DNA of 63,068 nucleotides, filler included, from Rhabdomonas costata (lineage: Eukaryota), in the NCBI GenBank assembly GCA_019059605.1. It is 34 parts of 34 records of this genome, joined end to end, with 100 filler letters (N's around TTAATTAATTAA, not from the genome) between each part and the next. Parts side by side here need not be neighbours in the genome. Positions count along the whole stretch, not along the records: positions 52,031 to 53,787 come from JAHMHO010009514.1; positions 53,888 to 55,643 come from JAHMHO010009515.1; positions 55,744 to 57,498 come from JAHMHO010009516.1; positions 57,599 to 59,355 come from JAHMHO010009517.1; positions 59,456 to 61,212 come from JAHMHO010009518.1; positions 61,313 to 63,068 come from JAHMHO010009519.1; 28 more parts are not named here. One strand, given 5' to 3'. The position numbers and the translations under genes are program-made. The notes beneath the pieces were generated by a model. It made no database searches, was not told the origin of the DNA, and saw nothing but the letters and a program-made list of their open reading frames with translations. Every line of letters begins with the position of its first letter. The first letter of the stretch is position 1. Of this stretch, positions 52,386 to 63,068 are shown one piece after another.

Positions 52386-55300
52386 CGTACGGGGAGGTCC
52401 TCGTTGACACACGTTGACCGGGACATCCGGACCATGTTAAACAATGCAACCGCTATACGTTATCGTTGGCGGCCTAATTCCACGTCGTCGTATGTCTTAG
52501 ATAATGGGATGAAATGTGGTTATGAGTAGGAGCCACATTACACAACAACTTACACCGTTTAGGGGGCATTGCACCTTCAATATCTACCAAGGGATGGGTG
52601 TGGTGACTCAGCCAAACTGATGGTTGTGGTGGGGTGCTTCAGTTGAACTGCTGGGGTGTGCCATAGCCGAACTATTGCCACAGAGGATACATACGCTTGC
52701 ACTGGCACCACATAACAGCAGTTGCATATCAAAGTGTAGCAGCAGCATCCATTAAGCAGCTACACAGACCTCAGCCATCAAGCTGATCTTGCGCAGAATG
52801 CGTCTCCGCAGGCCGAGGTTCTGCTGCCTCTTCGGACCCAATGTACCAGATTGGAGATGGCCATTTTCAAGGAGTCATCCGCCTGCACTTTCACACCACA
52901 ACAGCCGTCTCCTAGCCACGCGCAGCAGAGGCAACATCAGTATCTGCAGAGCCTTCGCAACTCCAAGTGCAGGACCTAGCTCAAACTGGCCTAAGGCGAA
53001 GCAGATGACCCCATTTCATACGCGTGCACTTGCGAATACACCTTCGATGTCTAGACACGCGGAACAGACGCATCAGCTGCGGAACGAGTGGCACCAGTTG
53101 TTAGTGCTAATTCTGCACTTACATCTTTCAGAGCCTCTATGGTATTCACAACCTGAGGAACAACAAACACTAGTCCAAGATGAAGTCCGATCTCTTGCGC
53201 CATTGATAAAGAAAAACTCCCACACAGCGCCTGGTACATTTCCAGTGTAGAGCCACACAAACGCAATCAGCAGATTCAGAACATACAGATAAGTAAATGC
53301 AAAGCATATGCTTCACAACTGCAGTAGGTCCTAGTCATAACCGGAGCACTTTCTACTCATTCTTGGTCGCAAGATGCAAGATGCATGGCTTTTTTATAGC
53401 TTTTTACAGCAGGAAGGCGGAATTTGGCTGATATTTAAAGCTTGTTAACCACCACCATGTCAACAGCTGGATTTACGCCGCGAAGTCATGTGATACAGTT
53501 GCCTAATCTTACATCATAATACTGCGTTCTCTGCGATTCAAACCACAGCGCTTCCAAGAGCGTTTGAAATTGACAGATGTTTTGGCATCTGAGGATGTGA
53601 TTTTATCCCAGTGGATACCGCATTTAAAGCATTACAGGTTTTGGAGTGGAAAACAAAGTGGAGAAAATCCAGCGGCGACATATTAGCTGGAAGCATACTG
53701 CAGAGAAGTAGACGCCCATGTAATTGCAATGGTGTGCATATGCTAAAATACACACTACACATTTTCAAGCGAAGCTGAATAACAAAANNNNNNNNNNNNN
53801 NNNNNNNNNNNNNNNNNNNNNNNNNNNNNNNTTAATTAATTAANNNNNNNNNNNNNNNNNNNNNNNNNNNNNNNNNNNNNNNNNNNNGTTGTGGGTGGTT
53901 TAGATATCAAACCACCTCTTTGTGCCATTTCTATGTGTCGCACGCAAATCTCGCTGACATCCTTTTTTCTGCTTGTTGCTCCTCTTGCCGTTTTATTCGC
54001 CAGTCTTCACCTTTGACCTCTCTTCCCTTCCTTCCCTTTCCTTCCCATCCCTGGCCTTTTGTCATCAGAGCATGGGAAGCTGATACATTGTCGATCTCGT
54101 TTGACGGGGGATTTAAATTAATTCTTTTTTGGTCTCTTGACTGAAGAAGGCATGCATATAAAACATTGGATGTGCCTGTTTTTTTCAGGCTCTCCAGAAT
54201 CCATTGTCTCCTCCGTCATCTCTGACCCAGGTGTGTGTTTATTCTATGAGGTGCGGAATTGCTTTGCTGGAAGAAGGAGGAGGATACTGTCAACGAATGG
54301 GAAGCGAAGCGAAGGACACATGGCAGTGCGTGTGAAACTATGCCAAGGGCAACCCTTTCACTTCTCTACTACGGATCCATATTTGACCCTCGGGTGAAGC
54401 ACGCTGGAACCCATCATGCAATCATGCACGCTCATGTTGACACTCTCCTCCATTCTTTGCTGTTGGATTATTGGTCCGTGGAACCCAAACAATCTATTGG
54501 TGATGTTTATTGATGGATCCTCGAGAAGGAGTGTAGCTGACAATTTGTGTGGCCCGTTTCTCTCGTCACTGGATGTTCTTCACATGCCACCTATGTGCCT
54601 TCATTCATGCAGGGCTCGCGCCTTTCCTCTTGAATAAAAAAAGTAGGAAGAACGAAATCGCTGAGAACTGGGCGTGCAAATCAGGTCCATTGTTCAGTCT
54701 CGTTCGATTGGTGGGCAAACCGCAAACATAGGTGCACTGCGGGAAGGCAAGCGATTAAGACAAGCGAAAGGCTTGATATAGGTAGAAAAGTAGGAACAGA
54801 ATTTATTAAGAAGCTGATCTGCGCACTGGACAGACCTATTTGGTGTGAGGTAATGGTATGGCGCTGGAGGCATTATGGGGGCACGTCTTCCTGTTCAGAA
54901 GCTGCAGCCTCGGGGTGTGCTGTGCCGAGTCGTCCCTGGCTGGACCCTCCGCTGGGGTGGGGTGTTCCGAAAAGTCCGAGAGAGGAGGCTGGTCCATCAT
55001 CTTGCAATGGCTCTGGCTTGCCCGGTTCGTCGAGTGCGGCTGTGTGCGTTGGCGAGCGTTTGGAGTTCTGTTGGATTCAAAAACACTGCCTTTAGTTTGG
55101 TCAGGGTGGTGGAAAAATAAGAGGGTGTCTCAATGTTCAGTGCTAAATGTCTATGATGTATTCACTGAATATGAGAGAAAGTGCGTATCACTTTCAGCGA
55201 AAGGTCCACGAACAACAAACAACAAACAACCCACACGGAACAAGAAAGAGATGGGTGCTGGAAGGTGGTACGGGAAACGTGTGCAGAGCTCAGGCTGCAC

Positions 55301-55876
55301 TCCGGAGGGCAAAGAGTGGTAAGGGCGAGGATGCGAGGAGTGACCCAGTATTCATGGGGGGGGGGGATTGCAGCAAAAACTGGTGTGTGCGCAGGATGCT
55401 GGATGAAAGCTTCAGTGGGGATCCGTGCGATGTGTGGCCGTAAGAATCGGTTTGTCCACATTAACGTATGATGTTTCGCTTTTTCTTGCCTTTTTCTTTC
55501 TTTGATGTGGTTTGCACTTCAGTGCATGGTGCATTGCCGTCGCATCGTTTCATCGTTTCCCACTTCTGCTGGATCCTAAATGTGATTTTTGTTGTCCTTT
55601 TTTTCTTCAGCAAAACGCCCCCGGCGCAGCTGAACAACAACACNNNNNNNNNNNNNNNNNNNNNNNNNNNNNNNNNNNNNNNNNNNNTTAATTAATTAAN
55701 NNNNNNNNNNNNNNNNNNNNNNNNNNNNNNNNNNNNNNNNNNNTCCATTGCTTCAGAAAAGCTCAAATTTTTTCGCATTTAAAAAAAGACTGTACCTGTA
55801 AGATATAACTACTGCTGGATCCAATCGTTGGCTTACAGGGTTGTGCAATCGCTTTTTTCTCTCGATACTTTATCAG

Positions 55877-56018
55877 AGACCAGCAACTTCCGGGTGTTCA
55901 TATACTTCCGGTACAAGCTTCTCACCCGCGACCAGACGCCCTCCAACTACAGCGCAACGGAGGACGTGCTCTGCGCGGGCAAAACGGACTGGGGTCCAAA
56001 CACCACTCTCGCGGCGCG
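55877..56018 (+). CDS. Exon of a hypothetical protein
   Basis: AG/GT-bounded GC-rich open frame TSNFRVFIYFRYKLLTRDQ... Confidence 0.4.
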
Positions 56019-58558
56019 GTATTTGACTGAAACATGATCATAGCAGTCGGTGCATCGTCAAAGCGAATCTCTGGATGTGAGTGCCAAGTTTTAGGATGGT
56101 ATGGATTGTCATGGTCAGCTCTGATAGTTCAAGACCGTTGACGTGTTTTCCGCCTCCTGTTTTCGAAATAAAATGTCAGCCATGACCCTCGGGTGGAGGC
56201 ACGGCGCAGAGATGATCCCAACCCCAACCTCCAGCAATATGTATATGCCCTGAAATTCGGTCATATTTTCGTTTTTTGGTTCATTCCACTGTTAGTGCTG
56301 CACTGGTGAAAGGAGAAATTGAGAACAGCAGCAAGCGGAGCCTCATAATGAAAGCTCACGATGCCCCTCTATGTGCTGCTGCTGTATCTGCATCTGTTTA
56401 ATGTGTCACTGGGTCGCACCCCGTTAATAAAACACTCATTTGAGCACCCCGTTCTCAGCGGTGCGCATAACAAGCCTCAGCCCTTGCACCAGTGCGGCGT
56501 CAGGAAAATGAAACTGGAAACTTGCTCCCTCCCGCCGTGTTGTGCGTCAGGGACTTGCAGCCCAGCAGCAATGTGCTCCATCCCCTGGGGCCGACGTCAG
56601 GGGTGCCTTCCCCGGACAAAGCCTCTGCGGGGTCTTCCCAGGCTGCCCTGTCCGGGTTTGGCTTTGTAATTCTGGTGTGCGCACTTTCTTTGGAGATACC
56701 CTCCTGGCAATTATGTTACCCCGGGGCCTCGGCGGTATTTTGACGTCCACGATGCCTGCAGGCGCGAGGGTGGAGGCCACGGTGTTTCACTTTTAAAATA
56801 TGGCTTTGTTTTTCCCACTGGGGTCTCATCGTTTTGGGAGGCCTACTGTACAGTGAAAAGGGCCCTAGGATGCTTCGACTTTACCCTCTTCGGTGTGGGC
56901 TCTTTTTGTGATGCAATTTTTAGGGTATAGCCAAAATTCAAGATTACTGCAGGATTACGAGGAAACACAGGATTACCCAAACTACAATGACCCGTCAGGC
57001 TTGACTCTTGCTGCAACGGAGCGAGCAAAAACTGGAAGGAACATGTATGATACAGTAGGAATGTTCATATCCCAACAATTACGGCAAACGTGACCGTAAC
57101 GTGACCGTATTTTCATCATACGGGACGATGATGAATGAACTGCTCATCGTATCATATCACAAGAGGTGAGGAAAACCCTGACGAATAGGAGATGCTCGAA
57201 TTTAGGACGAATGCAATTTAGTGTCTGTGCCTTGAAATCTTGAACATTTGGCATATATAAAGACGCAAAACGTATACGAACGAATTACAAGCTTACCCCC
57301 GGAGAAAGCAGTTGCTGATGGCAACGGTAAGCGCGAATTACAACGTAACGCCTGGATGGATGGTATGCGTCTGTGCCCCCTGCTGGCGATCGATTTGTCT
57401 TCTCTAACTGACCAAAATTTTGAGGTGAGCCCACGGCATGCCCTCCTTCGCTCTTTTCCTTCGCTCGGTCTTCCTCCCGCAGGCCGAGGTGCACTACGNN
57501 NNNNNNNNNNNNNNNNNNNNNNNNNNNNNNNNNNNNNNNNNNTTAATTAATTAANNNNNNNNNNNNNNNNNNNNNNNNNNNNNNNNNNNNNNNNNNNNAA
57601 GCAGGCGCGGAGCCGGAGAGCCCGACGCCAAACAGAGACGAGGCCAGAGCCTCGTTCTTGGTTTTTCCACCCAGGTTAACCCCACCTAGTGAAAGCCAAG
57701 TCGGCCTTTCAGAAGAGGAGCCTGGAGCCACGGCCACACCCAAAAGGTACGGAAGAGACTCGGTGGAAAGATGATGGAAATTTTTATTGATAACTGAAGT
57801 GACGTGATACCCGTAGTGGCTTAGTGTGTCCTTTCGTTCGCTCTGCGCCACGTGTTTAAGGAGGCGGGCGGGCGGGCAGTGGGAGATCGTCCCGCTTGGG
57901 AACCAGGTAGAGGAACCAAACCACTTTTGTATGTCACGTCGTCCCGTTGAGCCCTTTTGTTTTCGACGAAAGAGGAACCAGAATAAACGTGGAGAGGGTA
58001 GCTAACCCAACAACTGGGCCCATAGACCTGTCCTGGTTGCACTTGGAAAAGCAAAGTGCCCGTGCGACTGTGACGACCGCGATACAGAATTGCGACTGAT
58101 ATAACGGACAACACCGAAGAGGATAGATCAGCCTCACTGCCTTCACAAGAAAAACATGCTTCGTGACGAAGCGCCACCACAAAAAATCAGAGTATACACT
58201 AGTGGGTGACAAGTGTGATGGAGTAAAAGAGAGCACATACTTAGGCGCCCCCAGCCACCACATATCCAAAGCTCACATGGGTTCAGCTACTTCCTGCGGT
58301 TCGCAGCTAAAAGATAGAGAATGGTAAAACTGTGGCAGGGAACCTGACGCCGTCCTTGAACCGGGAGCAACAGCAGACAGAAACGCGGGTCAACGCAGGG
58401 AATCAAAACCAACAGGACAGGCACAAACCCACCAACCACGTGGCTGATTGCGCCTGAAGAAAAGTGGGATATGGTAATCGTGGGATGCGGAGAGGTAGCC
58501 CACTGCTGAGGGGTGAGGGGGGGGAGAAGGGAGAGGTGCCACCGCCACCCTTAGGTGC

Positions 58559-59320
58559 TTATTCGATGGTCACCTCCGTGGCCAGAGACACCCCGCCACC
58601 ACCGCAGATCGAGGCCAGCCCAACCTTCTTCTTCGAGGCGATCAACTCGTAGATCAGGGAGACGATGATGCGGGAGCCGGTGGAGCCCACGGGGTGCCCC
58701 AGGCCAATGCCGCTGCCGTTGACGTTGGTGACCTGAGGGCAGGGGCAACAAAAGTATGGGTACAGTGACCACTCAAAACTCAGAATGGAGCAGTGGGGGA
58801 AAGGGGATGTCAGCGGAAATTGAAAGTTGCACAGTGGCCTGAAAAAGAAGGCAGCAAGGGTAGACCAATAGGGGAGGGGGAGGTCAACTCTTTCCGCCAC
58901 TACCGTACCTCACGGTTGATGCCCAGCTCCTTCTCGCAGGCCAGGTACTGAGCCGCGAAGGCCTCGTTGATCTCAATGCGCTCGTAGTCCTGGATCTTGC
59001 GGCCAGTGCGCTCCATGAGGTTCCTGATGGCCATCACCTGTGGAAGAGATGCAGAATTCGGTCTTACTGCTTTTCGAAAAGTCGATCCCAAAGGCCTAAC
59101 AACCAAAGCCCCCAACAAGACCTTAAAATCGACCCCAAAACACGATAACAGCGAAGGAGCCCCTGCCATACCGGGCTGGCCCCCATGATCTCCGGGGCGC
59201 ATGCGCCGGCGCCCAGCCCGGTGATCGTCGCCAGGGGCTTCAGTCCCAGCTGGGTGGCCTTCTCGCGGGACATCAGCACCAGCCCCGAGGCCCCGTCGTT
59301 GATCCCCGAGCTGTTGCCCG
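58559..59320 (-). CDS. Thiolase (acetyl-CoA acyltransferase), last 3 exons
   Basis: Exons 59320-59172, 59037-58909 and 58732-58559 carry GNSSGINDGA, NEAFA, GHPVGSTG and CGGGG. Confidence 0.95.
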
Positions 59321-60413
59321 CTGCGTCCCCAAAAACACGCACAGTCCAAACCAACNNNNNNNNNNNNNNNNNNNNNNNNNNNNNNNNNNNNNNNNNNNNT
59401 TAATTAATTAANNNNNNNNNNNNNNNNNNNNNNNNNNNNNNNNNNNNNNNNNNNNGGGGTGGGTTTTTTCTTTGTGTTTGTTTTCGCACTCGCCGACGCA
59501 ACGTGCGCGAAAACAAACACAAAGAAAAAACCCGCACCCACGGGAACGTGAAAAGCTCACCGCCATAAAAACTGGTAATAAACTGGTAAATCTTCAAATG
59601 CTGTATTTCTTGCCCACGCAATTCCCATAAAGATCCTCACCTTCTTTGCAGTTGAGGCAGGGGCACTGTTCAACACGATTACTTCACAGCAAAATCAGAG
59701 AAACCGGAGCTGCCAGGGCTCAGTCCCACTGCCATAAATGCCTTACCATCCCAGGCTTTACTGCGGCTCAATTACCTTTTTGCTATCGAATTTACGTTTA
59801 TTTCCAACCTAGGATGTGCGCATTGGGATGGTGGTCAACAAGTGGGTTTCACCTGACTGAGCCCAGATACCAAGTCATGTTCAAACTAGTCCATTGGTCC
59901 ATCCCCCCGACGCCCCGACGCACTGGGTGTGGACTGATCATCCCCTCACCTTCTCTTAGTCTTCAGCAACCACACGCGCAACCCATGGACGCATACAGAG
60001 ATGCAAAGGCCTCCAGGAGTGGTGCATGCTCTGTGGTAGATCTGGTCCACCACAGGAAGGCAGAGGCTGAGCTGCAGAGGGGGATCCTCAGTGCCCCTCT
60101 CAGATGAAGCAGCTCCCCAGAAAGGCAAGCTTGGCTGCGCTTCTTCGACTGTACAGCACCGGAGAAGCATTACAAGGCGAATAGCTACCCGTCCCCTCCC
60201 ATCAACAACCACAATTCTACAAGAAGCAGACACAGGCCAACCCCTAAACCCCGTCGGCGATACTCGAACTGATAAATGGGTTTTAAAGAAGGGGAAATGG
60301 AAAGCACAGAGTTTCAGGTTGAAACACGTTAAATCAGTCAAGCAGTTTTGGATGGAGCAATAAAGCTTGCAAGACCGGTGCTATGGACCTGTGTGACAGC
60401 TGTTGGGCAGCAC

Positions 60414-60976
60414 CTTTGGAGTCAAGGCGGTACCACAAACGTCGGTCAGGGCCCTCCACGGCAACAACGCTGGTAGACCGCTCCAGGTGATCCCGCACAA
60501 CTTTCCACTCCTTGACGTGCAGGTCCTCTCCAGACTGTGATGAATGGGCAGCGGTTCGTATGTTTGCGACGAGCTTAAGGTGGTCAACCCGGAGATGTGC
60601 TCACAGGTTCACGATCCCCCCAAGCCCAGTGCACAACCCTTCGAGTACGTCCTCAAAGGAACAGGCATGAATAGCTGCGTGCGTTTCTAAAGTATATTTC
60701 TGAACCTCGAAGTAAATGCACCGATGCTCCTCAAACACTCAAGTGGAGAAGGCAACCTGTAAAATGACAGTAGGCAACGTCGGACCGAAAAGCATTTCTA
60801 ATTAAAAGAGAGAGAGATCACGCAACTGCTCTCAATAAACATCGTTGGCTTGACCTGACAGTACTTCTCCGCCAAAATAGTGCGGATATCTTCGGCAGAC
60901 CGCTGACATCCCGGGGCCGAGGCCAGCGCCTCCGTCACATCGGTCAGACAGCGCTGGTACAAAAGCTGCTTGCGGT
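60414..60976 (-). CDS. Hypothetical protein, two exons (winged-helix-like, speculative)
   Basis: Exons 60976-60855 and 60534-60414 join in phase 0: ...ILAEKYCQ|SGEDLHVKEWKVVRDHLERSTSVVAVEGPDRRLWYRL. Confidence 0.5.
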
Positions 60977-61334
60977 CTGCAAGAAGAAAAGCACCACAAG
61001 GTTTTCATTGTTGCATGCAAAACGCAAAACATCACTGGAGAGGAACTCTTTCATCAATCGACACCACCGCCATGACGCATCCTGGACACGAACAGATTAA
61101 GTCCGTATTACGAAAACCGATTCCCTCGCCAAAATTATCACGAGCAGGTCTCCGCGCACGCGCGAGCGCACGTGCTGCACTACCGTTAGCAATCTATTTG
61201 CAAAAAACACAANNNNNNNNNNNNNNNNNNNNNNNNNNNNNNNNNNNNNNNNNNNNTTAATTAATTAANNNNNNNNNNNNNNNNNNNNNNNNNNNNNNNN
61301 NNNNNNNNNNNNCGTAAGATTCGTTTTAAATAAA

Positions 61335-61670
61335 ATGTTTAAAGAAATTTCTGTATTATTTTGTTTCCTGAGTTTTGCTGCCGGCGCTGCCGCTGAGATC
61401 CCAGCGCCTCTGCGTGCGCTCGCACGGCAGCGGCGAGTGCACGCCCGGTTGGCCACGCCCCGCAGGTCCTGTGCGTGTATCTTCGACATCGATCAGACGC
61501 TCATGCACGAGGGAGATTACTTTGACTGTCGCGCTGTGATGCTCTCATGTGTGCGGGGCAGCTGCGCGCTCGGCATCGCCACTGCCGGCCGCTCTTGCGC
61601 TGCAGGCTCGCCGGAATCCTTTACAGTCACCAAGCGGGCTTTCGGGTTCAATCTTCCTGATTCTGCGCAG
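61335..61670 (+). CDS. Secreted HAD-superfamily hydrolase, first exon
   Basis: Signal peptide, motif I IFDIDQTL and a motif II-like GIATAG. Confidence 0.65.
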
Positions 61671-62709
61671 GTGGCTGCTGCCTCTCAGACTATCGGCCTG
61701 CCTATCGCTCGTTGATGCAGTCGAAGGGGTCTTCTTTTTCAAACGACATACAGCACCACAGAAGTAAGGCGTTGCTCACGTTGTCTCACAATGAAAATTG
61801 TCTCTCGTGGCAACCACCAAAGTCATTGAAATTTCGTTTTCAAACGGCCTCCAGCTGACTTCATCTGACTTCACCCCACTGCCACATTGTTAAAAATACG
61901 GACGGTTGCCGCTGCTGGTACCAGCCGGTGTTTGCCGAGCGCGCGCAATCAAAGCCAGCGGATGTTGGAAGGAAGATGAAGTGAGGTACGGGGTGTCTTT
62001 TCCAAAAGGTGAGGTGCCTTGCATCAGAAACAGACAACGAGAGAGTGCAATATTTACGTTATCCAGTTACCTGGGCCTTGGCCGTTGTACTGCTGAAGGC
62101 AGCCCAGCACACCACCTTCCCGACTCGGTACAGGCTCTGCAGAACCAAAGGTGTTGCACAAACTCAAACGTTTTCACACTTGGCACTTGGCATGCCCTCC
62201 ACAGGGGAGAGCCAAGGAAAAGGTTAGCCCTTGAGTTCGCTGGAAGCCAGTTTCGTGGACGAAGGTACGGGGAATGAAGGAACGGGAAGTGGCAGGGCTT
62301 CAGGGCAGTGTTTGCCGGCCCAAACTGACACTTTTTCAAGACTCTTTCAAGGAGAATGCGACGATACTAGAGTTTGCAATTGCCTCCCTGCTTGGCCATA
62401 GCTGGGAGCTTGGAGCGTGGGTTTCACTTAGTTGATTAGAGCGGAGTGAGTTAACGCTCTCCCCACACCCTTGCTAAACACTTGCAGTTCTCTTTTATCT
62501 GTTAAAAAAGGTGAGGTCCATTTCAAATTAAAGAGGTGACAGGTCCGCCTCCGGGAAGAAGGTATCACAAACAAAAATGCCATGTCAGTGACCGATGCAC
62601 ATGAAAAAAGCTGAGGCAAGTGCTCCACCTCCACCTCCACCTTAGCGAATGCCATTATTTGGGAGACAAGGACGTCAAACTGGAGGATGGGTGGGAATGC
62701 CTCGGAGAC

Positions 62710-62865
62710 GTGACAGTCGATGCCACGGTACAGCGCGACGTTCAGGGGCTGCAGCTGAGCCAGCGCACGGCGGAGGTGCAGCGCGACCTCCCTCCACGAC
62801 TGCAGCTGCTCCGCGGAGTGCACGTACGCCCCATCCTTCACTTCCCCACGAAGGGCCCCGTTGAG
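62710..62865 (-). CDS. ADP-ribosyltransferase (ARTC/C3-like) domain exon
   Basis: LNGALR...LRRALAQLQPLNVALYRGI, bounded by AG and GT. Confidence 0.65.
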
Positions 62866-63068
62866 CTGAGAAGCACAACGACATACCAACCCCGAAAACA
62901 CCAAATATGCGAAGAGAGTGAAAAGAGTGCGAGAAGCCACTGAGCCTACTTGGGCTGGACTTTGGTGCGAGGTGCGAATACAAAATCAAACGCAACACAA
63001 ATGCAAATAACAAAACAATACTGAAAAACACACAAACATACAACACAACACAACACTGCACCACCCCC

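Overview
This is not a contiguous locus. It is 34 unrelated contigs of about 1.76 kb, joined by 100-nt artificial linkers (N-run/TTAATTAATTAA/N-run), so synteny across linkers means nothing. Most contigs start with G/T-only and end with C/A-only sequence, and two start with the identical GTGGTGGGTGTGTTTGG, which points to remnants of whole-genome-amplification primers. The DNA is from an intron-rich eukaryote with GC-rich exons, relaxed GT donors and TTAGGG repeats; a euglenid-like protist is my inference, not shown. Manual splicing recovers fragments of IPP isomerase, malic enzyme, thiolase, trehalose-phosphatase, PIP5K, a dual-specificity phosphatase, PrmC/HemK, a MINPP1-like histidine phosphatase, two 2OG-Fe(II) oxygenases, a PfkB kinase, and DnaJ, MYND, LRR, TPR, EGF-like, HAD and ART-domain proteins. 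Decayed non-LTR retroelements and two BTB pseudogenes are also present. I found no multi-gene novel system. The best leads are: a strand-specific element at 44.1-44.3 kb built from hairpins with tandem G.A pairs and GCA/GCAA loops; a hairpin-bearing composite repeat at 52.0-52.4 kb; three frame-supported GC-AG introns sharing CAG|GCAYRT; long fold-backs at three contig starts (possibly artefacts); a duplicated symmetric phase-1 exon domain; and bacterial-looking genes that carry introns. All family assignments come from recalled motifs; no searches were run.
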